NCBI GenBank assembly: GCA_030141605.1
Contig: JAQGDQ010000516.1
Coordinates: 93,160 to 157,159 of the forward strand
DNA: 64,000 nt
Source: Tubiluchus corallicola
Taxonomy: Eukaryota; Animalia; Priapulida
Direction: 5' to 3'
The translations under genes and the position numbers were made by a program. Of the stretch, positions 50,504 to 62,353 are shown in pieces (position 1 is the first letter of the stretch; each line of letters begins with the position of its first letter). The notes beneath the pieces were generated by a model. That model was not told the origin of the DNA, made no database searches, and saw nothing but the letters and a program-made list of their open reading frames with translations.

Positions 50504-53284
50504 TGCTCATTATTTTGAAATGCTCGAATCTTGGTTCTTCGCGTCGTGATTGTTAATCAGATATCCCACTAGAGCCGTCCCGTTAATATAGTTTTTTTAG
50601 AGAACCAATATCACTCATTCATTTATTTGCTCGTTCGTTCATTCACTCAGTGAGTCTTTCACATGTCGCTCATGTAATATAAGAGTAATTGTGCAAATGC
50701 GTGAAACACGGCACTGACATAACTATATTAAAATCAAGCGGCATTATTAGTCTGTAGCTTAAGAGTAAAAATACGTGTAATATAAAAATGTGTATAATGA
50801 GCGTAATCCATATAAGCTTTATTGATTGTGAGAAAGAATGCAATCAAATCACTGAACCAGAACAACGTAAAATGCAGGGAATTGATGAACTCCACTTAAC
50901 ATAACATGAAACTTAAGAAAGCATTAGTGTGCTCACGGGGCCAACAGTGTAATATAGGACTTGCAGAACGATGCGTCAAGCGGCTTACCATACAAAATAG
51001 AAAGCCAAACTTAAGTCACCGTGGCAAAGAAAGTGGTACAAAGTCAGGCATATCATTATGGCTGGATTACACAGTTTGAAATTCACATTATTTCTTGCAC
51101 TTCTATCAAGATAATTATAGGGTTACAAATTAGGCTATTAATTAATCCTTCGAAGCAGCTATACTGTTGCAAAATTCCGTCTTCCCACAGGTGTGAACTA
51201 TTGTCCATTAATCCAGGTTGTGATTTGATCAGAAGATAAATGTGTCTGAAACAAGCGGCGTCACACTGGTATTTCATTCCACAATAAGAACTACAGAGAA
51301 TCAGAGATCGTTATCAATGCTGAACCCATAGCTCAGTAAATTTGTCAACTTTTGTCAGTGATTAAAGCAGTACTACAATCTAGGCCATGCAATCCAAAAC
51401 GCAATAAATTGCAAAATATGGAAATTTATACAACATATAAATGAGGCAGGAGTCAGAGGGCGGTTGCTACTCCAGGGCCAATGAATTGATCATTTTCAGG
51501 GATCGTAATTCTATTTTAAAATTTCAACATTCAAAAATTGCGTACACATCGCATTACAGCTTTTTACTGGATGCAGTTAAATTGTTTCTTCTACGACTAA
51601 TTATTTTTAACTTTTAAAATGTTAAAGTTAACAATAGTGCCTGCTATCAATTCTAGTTCACGAAACCTCATAAATGCTTTATAAACTTTTTAATTACATA
51701 CCCATCATGTACTAGCAATGTAATGGACATGTTTACAAAAGGAAAACATAAACCGTCACCATTATTTCTTTTGAATTTATGAAACGTTAGAAAAAGTTTA
51801 CACTGTATCTGAAAGTGGTACATTTTCGCTCAGTAAAAATGCAATACTTGTGTCTTGTCAGACTCATGATTTTTTTCAGTAAATATTATTGTAATTAATT
51901 TTGGACTTCTTGCATTTGTGTACTATTGCAATTGCTATGGCGTGTCAGGAAGTGATTGCCCCTAATGTGTAGATGAAATCAAAAAGGATAAAAACTGACA
52001 AAACTATTATAGGCATTGATAGCATTTAATTTCGAAAAAAGGCATCGAGAGCATTTAATTTCGCGTGTACTTATCTTATTACCCGTTATTCACAGCAATG
52101 AGTGTCAAAAATGAGCAGGGGTGCAATTAACGTTGGCTTCTCAATGGGAATGGTGTCATTACTTATTTCTTTGCTTCCTTTCGTTAATTTTTGATTTGTG
52201 ACAATAGTGAATGATAAGAACTTAAAAAAAGACATTAAAGAAAATATTATAATGATTAAAACATAAGAAGATATACGTTTTCATCTACTTAATAATTGCT
52301 TTTTATATAGCGGGACTATATAAAAGTGTGTAGCATACTGACAAAAATGCGTGTAAATACAAATAAGCATAAACATATAGACCTATAAGTGTAAATACTT
52401 TGCCTTTAGTCAATTTAGTGCAACATTTTAGATAATTTTCAGGGCAAATTCCTTCTGCGTTTTTGTGAAGCTTCCGCCCGCGTTCTGTGGACAGTGGAGA
52501 AATATGTGTAAGTTTGGTCTGTTTTAATTAAGACGAATAATTAATATTGCCGGTGTTAGCATTTTTGAATTCGAAGACATAATGAAAAGCGGTTCAGAGG
52601 AGAAGAAAGAAAAAACCTGAAATTATGAAACATATTGTTATGGAAATTGTTACGTAAGTGCTTTGACCAAAAGAATTGCTATAAGGAAACACAAACAATG
52701 ACAAAGAAATAGGTGATACAATTGACAGAAAGTTAATGACCCCAAGTAAAAAAATAAAAAACAGTAGGATATGCAAACAACAAGTTTGTAGGCCGTCGTG
52801 CCATAAAATTCGGCAAAGATACGGCAATACGCCACTCCTTAGAGTGATTTTGCTATCATGTAAACAAGCAAAGGCAGTTTAAGCAAACAAAACACTGTGC
52901 AAAGTCAGTTAAGCAAGATATATTAACCAATCTATTAAATATTTCCTAGAAAGCCAAACTGTATAGTGCAGTAATAAATAATTATTAAACACAAGTAGCA
53001 CCCCAAAGACAAACAGTAAGTAAAAAAATATTTTATTGCATCACAAATATGTTAACTGGGTTCTTTCATACATGGTAGCTAACTAGACCTGAGACAGCAA
53101 AACTTAAACCATACTTACTGACTAGTGCACATAACTGGCAATCTAATAAGTTGAACATGTAACAAACTGAGAAAGAAGTAAATGCTATACAACAATGGAT
53201 TTATAATTTTATGTTTTGTGCTCAGCAGACTGGAGAATTAACTATTTTATTATGATATTTATGTAACAAAACAATTATTACATG

Positions 53285-53625
53285 CAGGATCAGATAATGA
53301 CCTTCTTGGGTCCCCAGGCTAATGAAATTATAGGCTCCCTCCTCTAACTCGCCTACTTCTGTCTTAAACATTGTTTACTCATGATATATTTTCAGCAACA
53401 TTTACACACCTTGAAGTAAACTTTTTACAGATTCTTTAGATAAACTAAGACAGCTATCTTTTGTTTATTAATAAAAATATCCTTTAAGAAATCTAGTATT
53501 TTAATATTTATTGCAAACCAAATTAGTAAATGTTTCACATTAACCGTAGTGAAAAGCAGATTTTTTATCAAGCTTGAGAGGCCCTAGGCTGCAGCCTATA
53601 TTAGATTACAGGAAAATCCAGCCCG
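53285..53625. mobile_element. hAT-type MITE, copy 2 (inverted relative to copy 1)
   Basis: caggatcagataatgacc...aaatccagcccg; degenerate 8-bp TSD attacatg / actgcatg; homologous to 23338-23691. Confidence 0.75.
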
Positions 53626-54529
53626 ACTGCATGTATTTCAACACATAAAAATGATTTCTTATTACATCAAAATCATGACTACTGGCAATTATATAATTAT
53701 AACGATTTAATCATTTATCACAATTTTTTAATAAAATGCACATACACACTAATTTACAAACAAACATCTATTACAAAGACAAGTCATCTTTCTATAAAAC
53801 ATACAAGAACATTAGCTTCTAAGAATCTGAAACAATAACGAAATACTTCTCCTGCGAAGTATCACTTCTAGTAACATAGTAATATAGTCATGTATCTGCT
53901 GATTACAGAAATAATATCATATCTTTCAGAATTTTAATACAATCAATACATGAAATAATAATTAACTAATGTGTTTAACAAATGTCGTAAATTTAACACT
54001 TTCACCACCTAAAATTGCACATTGTACCACAGCTAAAGAATGCTTATTGGCATTATTCACTGAAACTATACAAACAAATGCCAGCCATACAGCAAATATC
54101 ATACCTTGTACTAACATCAGTCTTGGTCCAGTTAATCGTCATATCAACGTAACAAGTAGGACACATTCATACCTCACACTGTAAAGACTAAACTGAACAA
54201 CTAAACTGCACCGGGAAATGTTCTTCTGTATTATGCCACCAAGAAAGAAATGGGAGGGTGTATTTTAGACTAAATTTACCACATTACCACTACTATCTTA
54301 CTCGTACACAAACCATGGCAAGCAGCAGTACTTCTGTTGTCCACTGTAGTCAGAGATGTGTAACCACAGATTACTTATCCATGTGGGTCTAAATGGAAGT
54401 GAGAGGCATCGCCAACAACAATATCACAAATGATTTCACCTATATGCCTCAGTGAGGGTCATCGCAAAGTAGAACCTTGGTAGTGCTGCATTCTATTCAA
54501 AATGAAATTTTTGAATTGTTTACGTAATA

Positions 54530-57500
54530 CTACATTCCATTGTAAGCAGGTCCACCACCTCCCTCCGGGCACATCCAGTTGATATTTTGGCTCGGGTCCT
54601 TGATATCGCATGTCTTACAGTGTATGCAATTTTGAGCATTAATCTGTAACCGCTGCCCAGTCCCATCCTCGGTAGGAACAAATTCATACACACCTAGAAA
54701 CAGAGATATTACATAATTTAAGAACCTAAATGAAAAGTTTGTACGCTCATGAGCATAGTTACTCAGAAAGCTTATAGTTTTGCACCAGTGGTGGTGTAAA
54801 TTTTTTAGACTTTCCAGTTCAGTATTGTCTATTGCTTTTGTGTTGTTTATGTGAATGAATTCATATCAGTCTCGATACAGTGCGGACAATGATTTCCCAT
54901 TGATAGACTTATAGTGTTAATTTCAGAGTTTGAAAACACAAAGTACTTCTGTGGCACAGCATAGCTAGAAAAACAAAAGGTCTTGGGTTCTAGTCCAAGT
55001 TGTGGTACAAAAATTTTTCAAACTATCTAATTGCCAACATACAAGCTATTGCTCTAAAAGAAAAGTAATATCTGCAGGAAAGGAATAATGAAAAAGACAA
55101 CTACAGATCATTTCAGAATTAACATCAGATTTAACTAGCAAAAACAATGAAAAAGGCAAGTTTAACAGAAAAGAAAGCAGAAACTTAATGCAAAATTGGC
55201 AATTTTGACCAGTACTTACCAGCAGGGCAAAATCGCTGTTCGGGGCCATCATAAATTGCTAAATTATTTTTTGTGGGAATGGAGTCATCTTTGAGTGTCA
55301 GGTGGGGAGGCTGATCTCCTTCGTGATTTGTTCCAGTCAAAGCCACAGAGCTTAATAAATCAAAACTGACTTTGCCGTCTGGTTTCGGGTAATCGATTGG
55401 TTTACATTCAGAGGAACGTTTCAGTTTTTTAGCATCTGGAAGACCTGTTGGAAAAACCCAAATACTGTTACAATTTAACTGTTATAATACTCAACTACAG
55501 TGTCATATATTGTTTCATATACTTTAACGAGGAAATAATTTTCACTTTAGAAAACGTATAAAATAACTTTCTAACGTTCAATGACTGTTTTTGTTTATGT
55601 TTTACTTTATTATTTGGTAATTTCACTAATTATAACAGTTATGAATTTTTATAAAAGACTGTATTTTTATATGCACTACAAACTAGTTAAACATACTAGA
55701 GTGATGACAATTTCTTCACAAAATGCCATAAAATGTATCACAAGATAGTATAATGTTACAAAGACTTCCGAAACAGAGGCCATAATAAAAATTTGATTGT
55801 GATCATGTGAAAGAGAAAGACAGAGAAAGACAAAGACCATGTGAAATAATCAACTTGCTAATCAATTTAACTGTTTACAACACAAACTGATCTGAATAAG
55901 GTATTATATATATATATATATATCCTATCTGAATATTCCATTCTGTATCTTCAATCTCTAATAAAAAAGAACTGTATGTCATCATTATTCTAATGTGATA
56001 AAGTTTATCTGTCAATTGCTGCTGATATTATGCAGTGTTGAGATAACCATCACATCACAGGTACATGGGTTCGTTTATAAAGAATTAGAACTTTTGCTTA
56101 ATTATGTCTTCACAGTTCAATGTAAGATACACATAAATGCCTCTTCCCATTGACAACTCTGTTTTCCCATATTAATCGTTTGTTTTATATGATGTATGTA
56201 ATTAGTAATTATAACTTATTTTTTCCTTGTTTTGAATAATTGTATTATTGTGTAATTGTATAATTGTTATATGTTTGTAATCTTGTTATTGTGGCCCATC
56301 ATTTGCCCTGCATTGTACTATAGATATATCCTGTATGCACCTGTTTGCACATTGTATCTGTTGACTAATATGTACTGTACAATTCGAGTAGGTAATAAAT
56401 AACAAATAATTACATTCTGTCCTACAACAATTTATAATAACAAAACTTTCTTAAAATTAACACCTGGAACACCTGCTTATCATAGAACAAGCACAATTTC
56501 AATTGCTCACGACTCACCGTGGTGTAACGTCCAGGGTTCTTTGCCTCTAAGCAAATAATACACTGTACCAGTATACATAACTGTACCCCAAACTCCTAGG
56601 AAAGTGTTAGCAGATGGTCTTATGTTACGAACCGCTTTCAGTTCTTTCCATACCCAGCTCTCTCTTATAGCGTCTTCATAACTGACAGGATCCGTTGCTG
56701 AAATATGCAATATTACATATACATACTACATATTTCTGTCATTAATTGTCATGAAAAAAATCACATTTCGAGCGAAAAACAGTTCATTATTAATTGCTAA
56801 TAAGTATTTGCAGGTAGTTTAACATTAATTTCAATATGATAACAAAAAAGCACAGTAGTTGCTTCTTAATAAAACCACCAAGGGACCAGCAATAAGTGGT
56901 CTTAATAAACGGTGCTTTTATTATACGGTGGCCTGTTGTAAGCACAAATATTTGGCAAAGTGCAGTAAATTAATGCTCACCCAATTAATACTATTATGAC
57001 AATTAAACATGGAGCAGTCAGCTCAATTGCATGTCTATAGAATGACTCAAGCATACAGCAGTGATCCAAGTTCATTCAACAGACTAAGACTTTAGCAGCT
57101 GTACATGCGGAATGGTTATGACGAAGCATTTGACTTTAACTTCAGTGTTATTTTGACTAAGAAGAGGCAAATGTAGGAAACGAAAACATTTCAAATACAT
57201 AGCTTAAAAAAAGCAAACTGCAAAAAATGCATTTTATTTTTTTCAGTTTGCTATTGCTGTTGTTACCTATTAGTGAAAAATGTGGTTGAAACAGTGCACT
57301 GGTTTAATTAACTGAATTTTCTTAACAATAGTTTCTATTAAAGTATTTCTGGACAGTGCCTAAATGATTCTAAAATGCAGCGGGTTTTGTTGTCTGTGGT
57401 TTTAGTAAGTGGTGGCTACTGAAGTACTTTTTGTATCAGCAAAATCTCATTTAATAATTAAAAAATAATCGAAGAATGGTGGACATTATATGTAACTAAA

Positions 57501-60500
57501 CCAGCAATGAATGGTTATCCTGTGGCTATTGACCCATCAATCCATGTGCTGTTTAGCAAAAAGCACAAAATTTTATCACTTGTCACATAAAAGTAAAAAA
57601 ACATAGCAAACTACGATGAACTCACCCATTGTTTCAGATTTTAAGTTTTCATTAGACAGAGTGTTATACACGGCCTCAGCAGCCACCATTGCACTCTTCA
57701 TAGCATTGTGGGTTCCCTTTACCTTTGGCACATTCATGAAACCAGGTAAGCAACCCATCAGACAACCACCGGGAAAAGTGAGTTTTGGTATTGACTGTAA
57801 CAATCAATAAAAAGTGCAAATTGTGAAAAAAAATCATATTTATTAAAACAAATTTAATGGAGAATTTTTTGTTAGCATCTATTAACATCTTCAAATCTAT
57901 TAACCAAATGTTCATTCTAAACAAGTTTAAATTTCTTCTACAACAAAAAAACACTGAACTATGTATATTTTTTAATAAATGGTACACCAACAATCAACTA
58001 TGTAGTAAAATAATCTAAGCTTTGAGGATAGCTCTGTGGGTAAAACACCTCTGAAGGGTCAGCATCCAAATTTAATTTACCTTGGTTACAATGCTGGCAA
58101 AACCATTGACATTAAGCAGGTCCACCATTGAGTGTTGTATACTCACATGAAAAGTGTCAAACTGCACACAAAAACATTTAAAAAATTAAATGAACAAAAT
58201 GTAATGAAAATCAAACCTGAAGTCCACCTTCATTTAAAGCTCTGGCACCATAGCCTAGCCTAGTGCCGCCCTCTAGGGTACGCCGAATGTACGGGTGTGT
58301 TTTAAACTTCTGAAATTCTTTAAATGGATGTAAATACGGATTTTTGTAATCCAACCCTATTACAAAACCAACTGCTACCAATGGCTGGTCATTGTCTAAC
58401 AAGTGATATATGAAAGACCCTCCGTATGTCACCTTGTCCTGAAAATAAAGCAAATAAAGCAAGTTTTATTTATTTTTTCATATAAATACATGATACCCAC
58501 TTTATGAAAAATTGCTGAGAGTATTACAAAGTACAATAAAATGCTCTTGCATTTAACTGTAATAATGTACGTCAAACTGATAAATATTGACAAATTGACA
58601 GAATCCACAGAGGGCAAAAACTTTAATGGTATATGAAAACTACTTATCTTTTTCAGTAGTTATGAGTATTACAATATTTAAATTACAGTATTCTTCACTT
58701 AATTACAGTGCATATTGTTTACTTATGAAGCCAATTACTCTTGTAAATGTTTGCATAAAGTTTTTAAGTAACTTGCAACAATTTAGTGACCATTTGCATT
58801 ATTAAAGTAATTCACATTAAGAATGTACTGTTTATCTACGATGCCATTAACCTTTATATGTGATAAACTGCCTGCATTGCTAAGAAAATGCAAACTTTAA
58901 CATCAGTAATGATTCAGCATTCATTTATTTGAGTCACTGACATTCTCATTCAAAACGGTTTATCAACAAGAATCAGCACGGGTTTAAGTTTAACCTAATT
59001 AGACCTTTTCTTCAAGGTAAGATTTAATCTTGTGCTTGACTGACATTTCTGCATTGTCACATGTAAATGAAACCCTTGAAGCCAGAGAATTAAGTAGGAA
59101 AATGCAAAGGTGTAAAACATGCTTAAAACAAAGTCCCTGGTCTAGCCCAAGTTAAAACGCAAAGCAAGTGTGTGATCTATGTCACAATTTTGTTGTCTTC
59201 AAAGTGTGTAAGGTTGATTTATAAAGCGAAGTTTAGATTTAACAAGCAGCGGACTTTGCTAGGTTAAAGCATAATACAGTTCCGTTACAGGCCCAAGAAG
59301 AGCCTGGATTTCTTAAATGAATTTTACGGCATCTATTTAAGGAACAATTTTATTATTGAAACATCTAGATACTTACTGAATAGTTACTGGAACTTAACTT
59401 GACAAGTTTTTTACAGCAAGTTTGAGCTCCTGCTTATCATTAAATGTCACACATTAGGCAATAGGCATATACTGTATTTTCTCTTAAACTTTCTTTACAG
59501 GCTGTTATAATTACGTACCAAAGGCCATCCTATCGTGTGCTCTACGTGACCTGGTCGGTGTTTTTCGTGATCAATTTCCCACAATTCTTTAAAGCCAATG
59601 CCATAAGTTTGTGGATCACAGTTTTCCCTGAGATTAAATTTGCTATAAAGTTGTTTTCCTAGATGTCCGTGGCAGCCTTCTGCAAACATGGTGATTTTAG
59701 CATGCAATTCCATACCCCGTTCAAAATTGCTCTGCAAAAAAATCTTATCCATGTAACATATGAACATCATTTAATTTATCTATTTAAAATATTCAAATAA
59801 CTGAAATTTTAATAAAATTTCAAGACACATGGCACCAAAAACAAAAGATAACTTTTCCATTATGCAGCAATATCATCTGAATGGAATGCCATTGTAAAAA
59901 CTGTACAAACCCAGAATGAGTTCTGAAAGCAAATTTGAAAAGCAGTAAATGTGAACAGTCCAAATTTTCACGTTTCCTGTTTTTCAAATTTGGTGTAAAA
60001 ATTCAATCAACTGTGAGTCCATTATGTGGTTGTACATTTGCATATAATCTTGATATTACTACTTTTTTAAATAATTAACCTTTACAAAGAAAGGGGCTTT
60101 CAAAGACATCACTAAAGATGATGTATTGCTGGGAAGCAAGCAAGCTGCTGTAGGATTAAAATCTGATTTACTCCTACAAAATGCAAAATGTAATTTCTTT
60201 TCTGCAGACCCAAAAAACAGTGATTATACTTAACCGAGCAAAAAATCTACAAAGAAGGTAATAACATCCTACAATCATGGCTCTTATGTTCAAAAGTAAA
60301 AAATGGTTGCAAAAAGAAGAGGCATAAAGCCAAAAGAAACAAAAGCAAATATTCCAAGCAAAAATATCCAAAACAGCAAAAAATTCTGATTCATTTTTGT
60401 GTTTCACAAAAGTAAGCTTGCGAAATTTGATCATACTTTGGGTGATCCATCCTTCGCTATTCCCAAGTCAGCAGTTGCTATTCCTTTTACACTCCCATCT

Positions 60501-61016
60501 TCGTGATACAGCACCTATATAAAATATGACGTACCAAAGATTAGCGGCAAAACCAAACACCACAACAGCGCAAAAGAAAATTAATCACAATTTGTCTACT
60601 GCATGCTCTAAACAAGGGCATATTTGCCAATTGAGGCGTGCAATGATTGTTATTATTATTATTTTGGATAAAAAAGTGAAGGTGACCTATTACAGACAAC
60701 AATAACTTTTAATGCCAAAAATATACCCAGAGGCAATTTGTGCTTATTGTGGTCTTTCTCTTTGTGACCTAAAAGCAGTTCAGAATGAGGAGGTGAAACA
60801 ATGTAATTTTTCATTCATTGTTGACTTTTCTACTTTTTCTACTCTAGCAATTTGATATGCAAGGGAACAAGTGAACAACAAATTTTAAAATACATACTTC
60901 TGATGCAGGACAACCAGGATAAATCTCCACTCCTAGTTCTTCTGCTTGTTCTGCTAGCCATTTAACAAAATAGCCCAGCCTTATCACGTAATTGCCATGG
61001 TTGTTCATAGGAAGGC
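54530..61016 (-). CDS. ETFDH: ETF-ubiquinone oxidoreductase, 3' part; exons 61016-60898, 60514-60437, 59731-59519, 58438-58217, 57794-57626, 56697-56518, 55444-55220, 54693-54530; 5' exons lie beyond the window
   Basis: [102 protein letters not shown] (4Fe-4S), GGGPAYNGM*; phases consistent. Confidence 0.97.
54951..55020 (+). mobile_element. Possible degenerate tRNA-derived SINE head
   Basis: A-box-like gtggcacagc and B-box-like gggttctagtcc; no complete cloverleaf. Confidence 0.35.
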
Positions 61017-61413
61017 CTGCAGTTAATTCAGAAACAAATAAAGGGTGATGTAGTTAAAAAAACAATAAAAAAATACCTCTGAATGTTAACCAAAATCTGG
61101 TTTGAGCTTATATCCTTTAATATTTATTAATTTTTAGATATTTAAACGTACTTAGTAGGGATAGGCAGTTAGGCAATAACACGAGCAACTGCATTTCACT
61201 TTTTAAAGGTACACAAATTTCTGTTAATTCAATAATAATCATAGTAGATGGTGACACTAACATTGTCAACAGTATTGACATCAGTATTTTTTGGTGGCGC
61301 TGCGGCGCAAAAACAGCAGTTTGACTTTCATTGAGCTCTGACATAAATCATTAAATTTAAAGTGCTTACGCAAAATTTAAACGTTTATCTAAGCTTATTA
61401 CATTGATTATGAT

Positions 61414-62328
61414 ATGATGGAGACACGAGGATCGAAAAATCCCAAAAGAACACAGTCTGTTGCTGAGATGAGTGAACAAAACGCTTCCACTAGTAAAGCG
61501 CCAAACAATTCAAATATGGCGGGAAAGCAAACGGCTTCAGAACAAACAGCTGATACTACGCAAAATTTACCAACGAATACCCAGTCAATAGAAAACAACA
61601 CGACGGCAGCAGGTGATCAGTCGGTCAGCCTACAGTGTTTGAATGCCATTCGAAGCTTACAAGAGCAGGTTCGTGCATTAGACAGAAAATTTTCTGAAGA
61701 AACAGAAGAAATTAAACAATCGCAACAGTTTATTTCAAACAGCTTTGAGGACATGAAAAAGGAAATTTCAGGCGTAGTCACACAGGTAAACTCACTTACA
61801 ACTAAAGTAAAATCCCTAGAGTTGACAGTTGCTACATTACAAGAGTCGGTTAAAGACAAAGATGCAACCATTGACAGATTAGAACAATATAGCAGGAGAG
61901 AATGTTTGGAGATTACTGGGATACCTGTGACAAAGGGAGAAGACACGGATGAGATTGTGAAAGATCTAGCAAACTCGATGGGAGTGCAAATAGATGACAG
62001 TGACATCAGTGTGTCGCACAGATTACCGGCAAACGTAAGGAAAGCAACACCAAAAATCATAGTGAAGTTTGTTAGGAAAACCAAGAGGGACGAGATGTTT
62101 AAGAAAAGAGGCGAAGTCGCATATACTAGTGATTTACCTACAGGGAGTTACCATTATGGAAGGCAAAGAATCTACATTAATGAGAGCTTGACTCAAAAAC
62201 GAAAACAACTGTTTTATGATGTTAAGCAGTTCAAAAAAGAAAAACATTTTAAATATTTGTGGACCAAAAATGGCAGAATTTTGTTAAAATACAATGATGA
62301 AAGTGAAGTAGTAAACAAAACAAATTAA
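61414..62328 (+). CDS. LINE ORF1 protein (coiled coil plus L1/Transposase_22-like RRM and C-terminal domain)
   Basis: LEQYSRRECLEITGIP, DISVSHRL, PKIIVKF, IYINESLT, KYLWTKNGRILLK. Confidence 0.9.
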   Translation: MMETRGSKNPKRTQSVAEMSEQNASTSKAPNNSNMAGKQTASEQTADTTQNLPTNTQSIENNTTAAGDQSVSLQCLNAIRSLQEQVRALDRKFSEETEEIKQSQQFISNSFEDMKKEISGVVTQVNSLTTKVKSLELTVATLQESVKDKDATIDRLEQYSRRECLEITGIPVTKGEDTDEIVKDLANSMGVQIDDSDISVSHRLPANVRKATPKIIVKFVRKTKRDEMFKKRGEVAYTSDLPTGSYHYGRQRIYINESLTQKRKQLFYDVKQFKKEKHFKYLWTKNGRILLKYNDESEVVNKTN

Positions 62329-62353
62329 AGTGTAAAAAATGTAAATATTATCA

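Noticed and set aside
49752-50556. Poly-Ile, poly-Tyr, poly-Cys and poly-Met ORFs
   Set aside because: They are translations of the trinucleotide microsatellites
54951-55020. tRNA gene
   Set aside because: Only A- and B-box remnants, and it cannot fold a cloverleaf; kept as a weak SINE call
7963-61016. Functional mitochondrial or NRPS biosynthetic gene cluster (APOO, AASDH, PGRMC, ETFDH)
   Set aside because: Ordinary housekeeping genes in mixed orientation; AASDH is a conserved stand-alone enzyme and no tailoring genes are present
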